The notes beneath the pieces were generated by a model. It was not told the DNA's origin. It searched no databases and worked only from the letters and a program-made list of their open reading frames with translations. DNA of 64,000 nucleotides. It comes from Bugula neritina. Its lineage: Eukaryota; Animalia; Bryozoa. Both the position numbers and the translations under genes were made by a program. Shown here piece by piece: positions 1-13,125 of this stretch; the first letter of the stretch is position 1; every line of letters starts with the position of its first letter. The DNA is taken from NCBI GenBank assembly GCA_964035545.1, contig OZ037773.1, forward strand, positions 6,043,751-6,107,750, in the 5' to 3' direction.

Positions 1-123
1 CCTGGGATGACAACTATTATAGTTATTTGTATGTTCAAGTAACATTCATCTTCATGTATAATGATTGTTTTTAACATAATTGTAGACTTTTAGTGCTCAC
101 TCTAAAGTATATAATTTTCAGTT

Positions 124-2792
124 TCATATCTTGGTAACTGTTACTTTATAATCTTTCAAGTCGCATTCTTCATACTCTGAAACATCACTGAGCCTCTTTT
201 CTGACAGCCTCATACCGTGACGTCTGAGACTCATCATATAGTCTGAGTGATACTTTCCGTCCGTGTAGTTCATGAACCTTTGATAGTCTGTTTGCAGCTC
301 CTACAATAGAGAAAACAACTCTTAAAGTCGACGCACAAACTCCTACAGCTTCAGGCTAAGTATGAATTCAAATCTACAATCCCAAACTACAATCCATCAG
401 AAATTAGAACTTACCAAATTGAAGTTATCGCTATTTTTTAAATCGGACAACTCCTAACCAGAGCACAATATTGTATATTATGATTCTTATGTTGCAGAAT
501 TAAAACAGAAAAAAATATTATTCTTCAAATTAGCACTTTAAAAATTTGATATTGTAATTGTAGATTGTAAATAATGATATCTATGAAAATAAAAACAGTT
601 ATAGAGTTCAGAAATGATTACTAAATGGTTATATTTTCGACACTCCAATATCTTTATCTTCCTGGTTCATAATCAATGACCTCGCTAAAGGTTTTACCTA
701 ATAGTAATAGTCTAGATTCCCACGACCTTTAACATCAAGTGCATAATATGTCTATTGATTTCATTACCAATGTATACAATATTTAAAAGGTATCTTACTG
801 AAAAGTCTGAGTCAACTCGCAGTCTGAGTGCATGTTCACGGTTATACTTGTTCTTCAGTTCTCTATATCTACAGAATATAAATAAATCTATACATGAGTA
901 TGGACCTAGACTTATGAGTCATTCAACTTCTAGTTATGATATATATGTTGGGTAAACTCATATATATATGAGCAAAATTACCTGCTTTCATGTCTGTGAA
1001 TTTCGTCAGCGTGAAGTTTAGCTACACGAGCTGCTTCTTTGGCAGCAATTTCTTCACATTTTTTTGTTGTGGCTTTAATTGTCTCCTCTGTTTTTTTCTT
1101 AAAGCCTTCCTAAAAAGTATAAATTTAGAGCTCTAAGATCACAATCAGTACTTACCACTTACACTTTTGGTGGTTAGATTTTAAATCTATGCATATTGAC
1201 TTATTGAGTGAGCAGGTCGCTTCAATTTTAAAAACCATAAAAAGGTCTGGAAACAAAGAACTTTCTGGAAGCTGTTAAAATTGCACTTTAATTATATATT
1301 ATCTATCATACTTAACATTTCTGGCTGAGATAATATTAGTATAATAAATTGTGATAAATTTAAGCCATCATCACATCATATGATTTATACACTAAACATT
1401 TATCAATAACAAAAGTTACTTGATATTCACCCTGGCAACTTTAAGAGCATGCCCAATAGACAGTTCTTTATCAAGTCTATGTTCTTTGTTTAACTTTATA
1501 GTAAGAGCTCTACAGGCATCCTCTACAGCTTTCTCTTTCTGGCGTTCTGCTTCCTCCCACTGCAATCTCAATGCTTCTGACTTCTGATACTCCATTTTCC
1601 TGGTTAGTTCCGCAATACGCTTTGCCTCTAGTCTAAAAGAAGTTGTAACAAATGACAATCATTTCATCAAAGAGGTTGCTCAATACTTCAAATTTCAACA
1701 ATTGGCCAATATCGGTGAATAAAAGGCATTCTATTCTTTAGCTTAAAGCTTTATTTTATCAGCGAATGTATTGCTTTTGTTGATTTTTTTACATATAGTA
1801 CAGCAAAAATACATTGAAAAATTTTAATTCCATCCACTTTCAAACAATATATTTGTAGATAGAAAACCACTTCAGCCATTAAGTTTTTTTTAAAAGGTAA
1901 TATTGCTAATGGTTTGCGAGTTTAAACAAAGAGCTTTTAAAACGATCAAGTAGTGTTCTATATATGCAAAAAATAAGTGAAGATTTCATTTTTAACTTTT
2001 CAAAACAACATCAGTTACACTCACTTATCTCTTTGAATCGCAACTCTTTCTGCCAGTTGCTGATAATATAATTTTTGCTCTTGTAAAGCATTGGCTTTCT
2101 CCTCATCCAATTTACGTTTCAACCTCATCAAAGATCTCTGCCTTTCTCTCTCAGCTCTAGCTTCAGCTTCAGCCACAGCTTCTTCTATCTGCTGCCAGTA
2201 TTTCTTTTCTCTGTCATCTTCTACACCTGTCAGCACTCTTCCTCCAATGGCTGAAGTTTGTATTGTAGAAAGTTTCAGGATCAACCAACTTGATTTATGT
2301 ATAAGAAAAGCTTGTAGCTAGTAAAAAGTTTGTTAATGCGTATTGCATGATTTATGATTGGCTTAGTTAGTAAGTTTGTTTTTGCTGACAACTTTCCTTG
2401 CTATATATGAAAATTAAAATTGACTATCTAACATCTACTAGATTCAATTATTATTCAATAAATTTAGTATTTGAATAATTTTCTATTAACAGAATAAAAC
2501 ATCTACTAAACTATATCTAACTCCTACTAAATTTAATATTTACTAAACATGATGTGTATGTAATTTTGTATACCTACAGCATCTGAGATCTAAAAATTTG
2601 AATAGATACTAGATCCAACATTTATTAAAACTGACAAAAAAACTCACATGGTGCTTTTCTGTGATTTACCTGAGTATGATTTAATGTATAATAGACTGTA
2701 CACTTACTAACAATGTTTCCATGAGTTGCTCTTTGAGTTGACAAACTGCACTTGTTAACCAATTTTTCTAGAAGTTCTAATCTTGATGTCAT
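124..2792 (-). CDS. Coiled-coil protein, C6orf163-like (6 coding exons, ~295 aa)
   Basis: Exons 2708-2792, 2025-2250, 1431-1632, 982-1109, 799-868 and 124-300 all have GT-AG sites and consistent phases (888 nt). The body is E/K/R/A-rich heptads. N-terminal THGNIVTIG and C-terminal YQRFMNYT..HSDYMM resemble the C6orf163 family (recalled, not searched). Confidence 0.75.
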
Positions 2793-3215
2793 AATATCAA
2801 TATGGCTGGCTGATCTGAGATGTATCAAATTAAGCTACTTCTTACATACTTGCTTTAACTTGTGTTTAAATTTTCAACACTTTCTACAATTATTTTAAAG
2901 CTTCTTGTAAAAGACTGTTTTATTTTAAGTAAATGCATAATTTGCAAAAATTCTAGCATTGTATAAGTAATAATAATTTATAAATATTAGGTAAGTTAAT
3001 AATATAAATCGTTAAAAAAAGCACTTAGTAATAATAATTTTGCAATATGAGCATAAGTGAAAATTAGAATAAGCCATAAATTATGAATATTATGTACTTA
3101 ATTTGCTTAGATAAATAGAGCTCATAAATTTAAGTCATACTCACAGTGATAAATTTTAAAACAGCACAAATAACCTACATTGACATTTAGCAGTTATCAA
3201 TTCTAATGTTTTTCA

Positions 3216-3229
3216 GTCGCCATAGGCAC
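3216..3229. promoter_or_regulatory. RFX X-box-like motif near the 5' end of the C6orf163-like gene
   Basis: GTCGCC-AT-AGGCAC matches 13/14 positions of RTHNYY-WT-RRNRAC. It lies in the divergent promoter region shared with COQ6. Confidence 0.35.
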
Positions 3230-4210
3230 TAGTTTTTAAATAAAATATTGCTAGTGCCTTCACGGGCAGGTAACATTTCGCTTTGCACGAGTTGTTTAAT
3301 CGAAGGCTATTAGCAAATATAACAGCGAAACCAATACGATCGTTTATTTTAGATAAAAAAGTTTTCTTCGCTGTTATTTTGTAAACAGAAACCACAAATA
3401 TATCGTTTGGTAAATAGTACGTTTTCAACTTGCAGTACAGAACGGTTACGGTTCTTAGGCTTTGTCAATGTGCGAATGCTAGGTTATGATTGTCAGTGAT
3501 AATTATCGTTATCATTATGAACTGAGTCTTATGCAATGAACTCCATAACTATTCCAGCTCAGTGGTCTCATGCATGTCTTTGATTTCGGTCAGATTAAAA
3601 AGTCTTGCAACTGTTAGACTAATTCTAATAGTAAATCATAAAATTAAATGTAGTGCTAACAGTAATATTATACTTATATTTATAGTTATAAAATATCAGT
3701 TTGAGTATGTTATTATTAATCATTTAATGTACTAATATTAATAATATTACCAATATGAATACTATAGACAATAACTGAATAAGTTATTGAATTATTGAAT
3801 GACATTAAGTTTAACTAATAGTAATACTAATAGTAAATGTAATACTAATACTATTAGTATTAGTATTACATTTTGTTTTACTGATACTAATAGTAATACT
3901 AATAGTAATACTATTACTATTAGTAAGTAATGTAAGTATATTTAAAGTTATTCATTTTCAAACTCAAAAGGTACTAAAAGTGATGTGATGGTAGTTTCAA
4001 ATTGGGTCGAAATCAGGGTAAAATTAGAATACTGTTTGACCAAATTAAATGTTGTTAATTAGGTATTTTGTAGAAAGTTTCATAATTAATTTATGGCTGA
4101 ATCACTGATATAGTGGAATAGTAAATTGTGTGTGAACATTGTTACCAATTATTTTGAGATATTTTTTATGAAATGGTTGTTTTAGGCCAAGTGAGGTATA
4201 AGCAGCGAAA

Positions 4211-7200
4211 ATGTCACTCACTTGTCGATGTATTTGCCATCAGATGCCCTTCAAAAGATGGATCACGTATCGGTCTCTTTCCTCACAATCCTATGATGTA
4301 GTTATATCTGGTGGTGGCATGGTTGGCACAGCGGTTGCTGCTGCTTTAGGTATGCCAAATTAAGCTGCAGAACTTTTAGTTTTTATTAAAAATGTTTTTT
4401 CTCACTTTCTCACTTTTCTCTGCCATGTCTGATCAGGTGGTGGGTGAAAAAACTCATGCAAGTTTATAGTCGCCATCCCCTGATTGAAGGTTTTTTTTGT
4501 CAATTCGGGCTAAGGACTTATTCAGATTATGATTATATTTTTTTCTTAACATCAGCCTTTGTCGTGCTAGAATTCATGACTTTATGTTTCCTAGGCAAAC
4601 ACTCTAATGGCTAATCTCTAGACCACGGCTGCGTTTTCATTAGTGTTTCGATATTGGTTTTTTATTTCATGCAGAGCATATAATATTTACTCTCAATGTC
4701 TTCACCACCATTTAGTTTAAATGGCATCATATAGTAAGAGATATTTTCAGTTAAATGTATTTGTATAATAAGTTCAATCCTTTGTTTAAGCACTACACAC
4801 ATTTATGCTATGCTCAATATGCGATACAGTAATATTGATGCTACTTCATGCATTATTTAGGAAACTCACCGTTACTGGAAAATAAAAAGCTGTTGTTGCT
4901 TGAGGCGGCTCCGAAGAAAGAGTACATCGAGTCTTCTACCTTCAGTAACAGAGTCAGCGCTTTGAGTCCAGCTTCAAGGGGTTTCTTAAAAGGTAGAGAA
5001 AACTGACACTTTGTTAGGATTACCTGAATAGTTTGCAAACTTATTTGTTTCTATGGCCGACCTGGACACACAGTGTTACTACACCAACATAGCGTTAAAA
5101 TTCTGACTTCCTGTTGCTCCAGAGATTGGCCTGGCATGCATTTCCTGCAAAAGCAAAGTGTGATTACTAGTAACTGCTTATCTTGTACTTGGCATACTTG
5201 TTATATAATCTACAGGTTATACTTTTTATATAGTCTGCAGGTTATACTTGTTATATAGTCTGCAGGTTATACTTGCTATATAGTCTGCAGGTTATACTTG
5301 TTATATAGTCTGCAGGTTATACTTGTTATATAATCTGCAGGTTATACTTGTTATATAGTCTGCAGGTTATACTTGTTATATAGTCTGCAGGTTATACTTG
5401 TTATATAATCTGCAGGTTATACTTGTTATATATTCTGCAGGTTATACTTGTTATACAGTGTACGGGTTACACTCGTTATATAGCCTGCAGATTATACTTG
5501 TTATATAGTCTGCAGGTTATAATTTTTATATAGTCTGCAGATTATACTTGTTATATAGTCTGCAGGTTATACTTGTTATATAGTCTGCAGGTTATACTTG
5601 TTATATAGTCTGCAGGGCATACTTGTTATATAGTCTGCATTTTTTATAAAGTTTGTAGATTATATTTGTTATTTAGTCCCAGATTATATATTTTTATTTA
5701 TTCTGCAGTTTTTACTCAGTCAGCAGGTTATACTTGTTGAATAGTTTACAGATTATACTTGCTATATAATCTGTAAGTTATATTTACTATATAGTCTGAA
5801 AGCCTATGCTTTAGGTATTGGTGCTTGGAAGCTAATAGAAGATTCTGGAAGATTTAAAGCCGTGAACAAGATGTATGTTTGGGATGCTTGTTCTGGCAGT
5901 GACATACAATTTACTCAGGTATGTTTCTCACCATTTACTTTGTAGTTAAAGTTATTGATATGCTCACTCAATAATATAAATATTAAATTGTACGCTGTTT
6001 TTAGTTGTAGACTGTATATTATTTATTATGTTGCCAATATTATCCTTAAAGAATCCCTGAGACATTCCGTTTATGCAGTATTAAAATATTCACAGATATC
6101 TTAGCTTATTATCTACAGACTGTGTGGGAGTTGTATGCTCAACAAATATATGTTCCTGTGAGTTGTGTGCTCATGCTGATGATGTCAGTCAGCTCTGAAG
6201 TATTATAAACCTAATATTAACTATTGCTAACTTTTATTGTATGCTGTCTTTAGCTGCTGCTGCAACACACATTTGATTACTGAGCTGGCTTAAAAGTTTA
6301 AACTTTTATTTATATTATATATTTGCAATTCATTCGGAATAAGAATATTGTAGAAAAATTCAACGTTTGCTATAAAATCATTAGAATTTTTTATTCATCT
6401 TTTGTTATCTTACGTTCTTGAATTAGAATTAGATAAAAATGCCCTCTGCATCTCATAGCTAATTATATTAGTGTTTCGTGTAGTTATCCAGGTAGTTGTC
6501 TTCTCTATATTTTAGACAGAAGAATTAGATGAGCATCTGGCCTACCTAGTTGAGAATGATTTGACTGTCCACTCTTTATCCACTCTACTTTCACAGCAGG
6601 CAGACAGAGTAGAAGTAGCTTATGGGACAACTGTGACCCAGTACGGGGCTGACAGCACTACGTCCCCATCTCAACCAATGAAAATTAGTCTCAGCAGTGG
6701 GCAGACAATCTCTGCTAGGCTGGTGGTAAGAAAAGAAAAAAAATTGTATATATTTAAGAGAGATAAATAAAAGTTTATTTCTATTTAAGTTGTGTTTTCT
6801 GTGAGTAAAGTTATAAATATTGAATAAGATGCTGTATATCAATTAGTTGTATGCGTTTAATTTATCAGAAGTCTTGTTTCCTAAATATTTTGTCAAGTTA
6901 AATTATTTTTGTTTGAATTTGAACTAAATTATTATCATTTCAAATGTAATGAGCAGCTCATATTGCCTGAACCAAGTCAGGACAAGAAATTTATACTACC
7001 TTAATTTGCAAGTTTAGTTCAGTGAATCAAAGTGACTCGATTGTGAGACTCAAACTGTTTATATCAGAACTTACTGATAAAAAACATACTTTCTTTCAGT
7101 CTTATTTGATGCGGTGTTTAGTCGTATATCTTCTCTCACGTGAAGTTTATTATTTTACTTAAACAAATGCTTATAGTCAGTTGATGTAAAACCAAGGAAA

Positions 7201-10200
7201 GTATCACATCAAATATTCTAATGCGCTTAATCATTATTTCGCTATTAGATTGGTGCTGATGGTTTCAACTCGCTGGCACGGAGGTCCATGGGTATCAAAA
7301 CCACATCGTGGAATTATGATCAGGTTGGGGTTGTGGCTACGCTAAAACTGGATAAGCAGGTTACATTCCCATATTATATCTCGCATTCAAATATTTTAAA
7401 ATGTTGTGTCATTAAGCCAACTTTTCAAAATTTAAATTTTTTACATCTACGTTGGAACTAAACAAGAAACAACTACAATGTTTTGTTTACTGTAAAAATG
7501 TATATTTTTTAAATCTAAATAGAAAAAACATGTCTAAAGATGGTCATCCACATTTCTACTCTCTTTATTATGGGATTTAAACTTCTCTGCATATCTTGGT
7601 ATATTCAGTAAAGCTGAAGTTTGCTAATATAAGAAAGATCTAGAAGATCTTCAGCAGTTGAACCTTATATTTACAGGAAGATGGAAACGTGACTGCATGG
7701 CAGAGGTTCCTACCTACTGGGCCTATAGCAGTCCTACCGGTATGTATGATTATAACCAGCTTTAACATAGTTGCAGTGGAACTCAGTCTAGCCTCAATTT
7801 ATTACTATATAGCATACTACAGCGGTATGGTGTATACTTGATGCGCCAGTGTAATCTTGAAAAATAGTTTGGAATGTTGAAGTATGCATGTAGCCATAAT
7901 CCTAAAACACAGCGGTGTGAAACATTCTCAAACAAGTTAAAACTATCTTATAAAGTATTTTCAAGAGCTATTTTTACACATGCACCTGAACCCTCAAGCC
8001 CTCTCAACGACTCATGGGTTTTGAAATTTTATTTTAAAAGAGCATCAAAACAGCTTGAAACATTCAACAGTGTTTTAGAGCAATTTGTAACAATATTTTC
8101 ACAATTATAAAATTACACAATTTTACATGTACAATACCATTTAATAAGAAGTTTAAAATTATTTGACTCATTAATAATGATACTTTTAAACCAGTTACAA
8201 AGGGGCCGTTGTTGTTCATCACATAGTTGCTGTATTGTAAGATGTCATGTTATTATACCAGCTGTCAGATGACACCAGCTCTTTAGTTTGGTCTACAACA
8301 CCATCACATGCCAAGCACCTGCTAGCGCTGAGTCCAGAAATGTTTGTAGATGAACTAAACCATGCTTTGGTGAGTTAGACTTCCTTTACCACATGTCTCA
8401 AAGCTCCAACTTATTGCCTTACTTGTTATCTAGTTAGAATGATATTTATTTATTGTAAAACATATTAATATTTTATAATATGAGTTTTAGCAATGTTATG
8501 GTTCGTTAAAATTTTCCTACAGAATTTGAAGAACTCCTCTTTTAGCTTGAATAAGCCATTTGGGTGTAAAGAATCTTAGTAGTGTCATTTTGCATGATTA
8601 TATTACCTAACAATAAGCACTCGTTTCTAAAATAATTATTCTTCATTAGATTGACGACTCCAAAATGGATGGCATGGTAAACATAGTTGAAGACCAGTAT
8701 AAGAAATTGCTGGAGAAATTTGGTTCATTTGCAAGTATGATAATCTACTATGATTTTTCCATGTACAGTTGATTGTAGTAATTGTTCAGAGATTTTACTA
8801 TAGCTGTTCTAAAACTTGATGAAGTCGACTTATGCATGCGTGACATTAAGGTTTAGTGGCCATACTTTATTCATTCAGCTTATTCTTTAGTTTTTGATAT
8901 ACAAATTATTGTAACTAATCAATGTAACACTTGAAATAATAAGTACAGTAACTGAAAAGCTACACCGCTTAAATTTTTAGAATCACTTGTGAAATGAATG
9001 TCAAAAATTGACTACACCCAAATTTTCTATATGTTTTCCGTATCAGTAATTATGGCAAAATAATGATCGATTTATTTCATATAGAAAACAAATAATATTG
9101 TCAAAATTCGGAAGTATTTATCCTTATGAACCACTTCATGGCAAGGGTTTCCCAGCGGATGAAGCACTGCACTCCTCACCATGTTGCTGGTAATAGGAGC
9201 AATTGTGATTAGATACTTTTTCTGACAATGCAAATGGTCCTAGCAGGATTCAAACCTATGCCTATTCATTACCGCCGGCCAGCTCTCTAACCAATAAAGT
9301 AAAATTTCCTTATAATCCAATGTCTCCAACAGCTAGTTAAAAATCCTTAACGCATGTATGGTTTCTCTTTGTCATATGATGATTTAGTTATGTAGCATTC
9401 GTTTAGCATCTCATAAAGGTCAACGCACACAGCTGCTGCCCCCAACTGTGCTAGACATAGATAAGGAGAGCCGAGCTAAGTTTCCTTATGGCATGATGCA
9501 CGCTGACAAGTACGTGGCACCCCGCCTAGCCCTCGTCGGAGACGCCTGCCATCGAGTCCACCCACTTGCCGGTCAGGGTGTCAACCTTGGCTTTGGTGAT
9601 GCTGAGTGTCTTATTAGAACAATAGTCAATGCAGTGTCTCTGGGAGCTGATATTGGTAAGACATTATATACTATTTATAGAGTTAATTGAAGTTACTAGA
9701 AACTGTGGTGGAAATGTGGTAGCATTACAGTGTGTATGCAATAAGTTGAAAAAATGGATACAAATTATTGGCGACTCTGGATGTTGTTACTGTTCTACAT
9801 TTGTGCGATTTGTTTGTTTTTCTTGCCTTTTTGTCAACTGTCGTCAGTTGTAGGTTCCTCAGAACATCTCGTAGAATACGAGACTGAGAGACAGAGACAT
9901 GTGGTAGCGACTACTGCAGGTATTGATGGCTTATACAGACTGTATAGCAACAACTGGACACCTGTGGTGCTGGCCAGAAGTCTTGGGCTAATGACCGTCA
10001 ATGCTTTGACTCCTCTCAAGGTATGCTAAATAAAATGTTTTTTTAGGGACATCATTTTGATGCGAAGAAATTGCAACTGTGTTAATAAAAATGCTATGTA
10101 GTGAAAGTGTTTTAAAGGTGTATAGTATATTTTATATCTACAACTGTTTTTGCGTGAGTTAGTGTTTGTTGAGCACGAAAATATCCTTCACTTGATCTGT

Positions 10201-10412
10201 ATAGTTGCGAAAAGTGTTAAAACAGAAGACTAGTCACTGTACACCATACATCTCTCAGTATTATTGTATTTTAAATGATGGTTTTACATATGGCTGTCAA
10301 AAATCTTGTAACCAGTCGCAGGTTATTATTTTGATAAATGGAGTATTTCAGCTTGTAACACTCTGTTGTACTTCTACTTTAGAGGCTATTCATGCAGCAC
10401 GCTCAAACTTGA
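4211..10412 (+). CDS. COQ6: Ubiquinone biosynthesis monooxygenase COQ6 (11 coding exons, ~465 aa)
   Basis: Exons 4211-4349, 4861-4992, 5815-5918, 6516-6725, 7249-7359, 7677-7739, 8262-8369, 8650-8734, 9407-9655, 9854-10020 and 10383-10412 (1398 nt, in frame). Motifs: [12 protein letters not shown] (FAD-binding), [54 protein letters not shown] at 10511. Confidence 0.96.
4488..4632 (-). mobile_element. Degenerate tRNA-derived SINE copy
   Basis: Shares AGGTTTTTTT..CGGGCTAAGGACTTATTCAGAT and CATGACTT..CTAGGCAAACACTCTAA..CTAGACCAC with the copies at 20838 and 37996. Confidence 0.6.
5192..5800. repeat. 25-bp minisatellite in COQ6 intron 2
   Basis: Unit TTATACTTGTTATATAGTCTGCAGG repeated about 24 times, degenerate at the edges. 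Confidence 0.93.
9190..9295 (-). mobile_element. Old fragment of the same tRNA-derived SINE family
   Basis: AGGAGCAATTGTGATTAGAT..GGATTCAAACCTATG..CTCTCTAACC parallels the 20838 and 37996 copies. Confidence 0.45.
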
Positions 10413-10875
10413 AAATATGGAATCTAAGACACAACATGTAGTCTGATACTCAGTATTGACTGGACAAGAGTAGAGAAGAACTAAATCTAATTTATTTTAT
10501 TCATCAGTAAAATAAACTGTGTTTTTGACTGCGACACAAAATAACAATTTTTTATAAATATTTTAACATAATTACATTATAGTGTTCATGTACATAAAAC
10601 CAAAATATAAAAAATAATTTATTGCACTACAAAAATGTCTTGTGAATTATTTACATTGCTGCCAACTACAATATTTGGGTGAATCTCAACAATTATCAAA
10701 CCAAAACTATATCAGCATCAAAGTAGCAGCATATGACAGTTTTAAGAATTTTCCCAGCATATTTTTAAAATTTTCAGCATGATAAAATAACTATTCAGAT
10801 TTAAATAGCCAGCCGGCTGCCATTAGCTAAAGACATGAAGTACTAACAGCACCAACAATCTAACTAGACAAGAAC

Positions 10876-12033
10876 TTAGTAAGGTTTATTTCTATACTGT
10901 TTTCCTGATTTATCAGGGTGGTTGGTTGTATTGAGTTTCATTAAAGAAGGAGGAACGACAGACGACTTCAGCTTTCGTTTAGCAGAAGACGTTTCTTCCT
11001 TTTCCATTGCCTTTAACTTAGCTTCGAGAGCAGCAATTTGAGATTCTTTACTAGTACTGGGTCTAATCTTTTTAGTGGAAGCAATTGATTTACTATTAGC
11101 TAACCTAACTACTAACTCTCTGTCTTTAACTTTATATCTGTGTAAACCAATAATGGCTGCCTGAGCAGATTCTGCATTCTGATAGGCTACAAAGCAGTAA
11201 CCTTTAGGCTTACCTACAAAAAAAGAGATCACTATTGATTTTGTTCACTTGGGTGTGTATTCAATTAAAACTGAAAATACTATTAGGTCCAGGGGTTGAT
11301 TTAGATTTCTCATAACTTTCAGGCCTACTCTATTCCAACTTTTAGTCAAGCTAGTAATGTAAATAGGCTATATAAAAATTAATATGCCATTAGTGACGTT
11401 TCAACCGACCGACCAACTTTAATAAAAGGGTTTACTCCAAACTACATAAAGGATTTTCAGCCTACACATTCAATAGAACTTTTAGCCAACTTACAAACTA
11501 TGCTTTATTAAACTTGACAACTAAAATAGATTACTGTATCAAGAAAAGTTTTCAATTGGAGGAACCTTATCTTATAATAACACCATTAAAATTAATATAA
11601 CCCATTTACATGGAGTTGCAATTATCGATGTCTTGGATATTATTAATAATGATATAGTATTAATAAATTCTAAGTCTTTCTTGTCATCTTCCCTTATATT
11701 ACAGAAAATTGTAAAATGCTATGATTAAATAAACATCATAATTAGTAATTACTAGTTTAGGATTAAGTGATCACCTGTTAATGACTATTCAACAGTTAGT
11801 GAGCTACCTTTGTTGGGTCCAGATTTTTCATAAATGTAATCAAATTTCTGCAACTCCCCAAACTGCTGACAAAGTTTAAGCAGCCAAAACTCAGCAACTG
11901 ATATATCGATATTTCCTATCCATAAACGGTTAACATTAAAAGGTTCATCATCATCTTTGTTTTCATTTTCATCAGTAGGAAGGTCCACCGGCTTGTCGAT
12001 TTTCTCCTTCCATTTTTCTTTGGCAAATTCCAT
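10876..12033 (-). CDS. RBM18: RNA-binding motif protein 18 (2 coding exons, ~187 aa)
   Basis: Exons 11808-12033 and 10876-11213 join in frame (564 nt). RRM with RLWIGNID (RNP2) and GKPKGYCFV (RNP1), followed by SQIAALEAKLKAME and a terminal KPY, as in RBM18. Confidence 0.9.
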
Positions 12034-12189
12034 GAAGATAATGACTATGATGTTAGCAACACTAACAAACTCTAAGTCATAGATTTAAAACTACAAGGAA
12101 AAGTAAACAAATTATGTAAACTTCTAAATTTAAGGATAATCCGTAATCATAATGATAAGCCAGAGGGTTAAGGCTCAAGACCACTATCA

Positions 12190-12790
12190 GTATCACTATG
12201 ACTTACTGTAAGTTACACTTAGCGTCAGTCACTTAGATAGTTAAGATACACTAACTTACAGTTACATGGAGCTACTGTAAGTGTAACTTTTACTAACTTC
12301 AAGTTACACTACGAGCACGGCTACTTCAGTATATTTAATACTAAATTTAATAATTATAATGATACTTTAATTCTAAAATTATACTTCTTCAGATTCAATT
12401 AGTAGTACTAATTAATTTTATTAATTCATAATAAATATTATCACTTTAATGTTAATTGTACTACTATTTGACAATCACAATGACTATTTGAATTTCACTT
12501 TGTAAACCACAAATCATTAATGATTAAATGCAAGACTAACACTAAGTCTAACTGTAAGTGTAAGTATAATACATTAAATGATTAATAGTAACTGTAAGTC
12601 TAAGTGTAACACTAAGACTAACTCTAAGACTAAGTGTACCACTTACTTTGTCTCTAAAAGTAACGCTAACACTAACAGTAAAAATAACACTAACCGTAAA
12701 ACTAACTCTAAGTGTAACTGTCACACTCACTGTAAGTGTAACTGTAAGTTAAGTGTTAACTGTTTTTAACTGCAACTCTCACTCTGTGAG
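12190..12790. repeat. Cryptic hexamer-period repeats in partly inverted orientation between RBM18 and RPS29
   Basis: ACACTAACTTACAGTTAC-type units at 12190-12320 and complementary TAAGTGTAACTGTAAGT units at 12530-12790. Confidence 0.55.
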
Positions 12791-13098
12791 TAGGAGGCTA
12801 AGATTAGGAAACTCACAGTGACAGTGACTGATGAAAATTGTAAAAAGTAAATTATATGAGCAGTCGTCTAATGATGACTTTGTAAGTGTATATGGGGTGG
12901 GGGAAATCAAAATGTTTGGGTTAAAGCTCTAAACTGAAGTCAATGGAACTGTAGAATGTTGCTTTATAAATTATAAAAATGCATTAGTTTCCACAGGCTA
13001 GTATTGCTTCAAAATGTAGCCGTTAAACTATCGGTAAAAAAACAAAGGTTACCTACGCCAATAGTGAATCAATAAAGGTTGTTTCTCGCTCGATATCG

Positions 13099-13118
13099 TT
13101 CTTTTTACGAACCGCCAT
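13099..13118 (+). promoter_or_regulatory. Polypyrimidine TCT/5'TOP initiator with downstream YY1-like core of RPS29
   Basis: TTCTTTTTT lies about 25 nt before the ATG and is followed by CCGCCAT. This is typical of ribosomal-protein promoters. Confidence 0.65.
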
Positions 13119-13125
13119 AGCCAAC

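Noticed and set aside
6170-6200. C/D snoRNA boxes (TGATGA..CTGA) in a COQ6 intron, and ATGATGA at 16506
   Set aside because: The boxes are too close together, or there is no partner D box and terminal stem.
8731-8736. GC-AG donor (GCAAGT) in COQ6
   Set aside because: The canonical GT at 8735 gives the correct phase with the 9407 acceptor.
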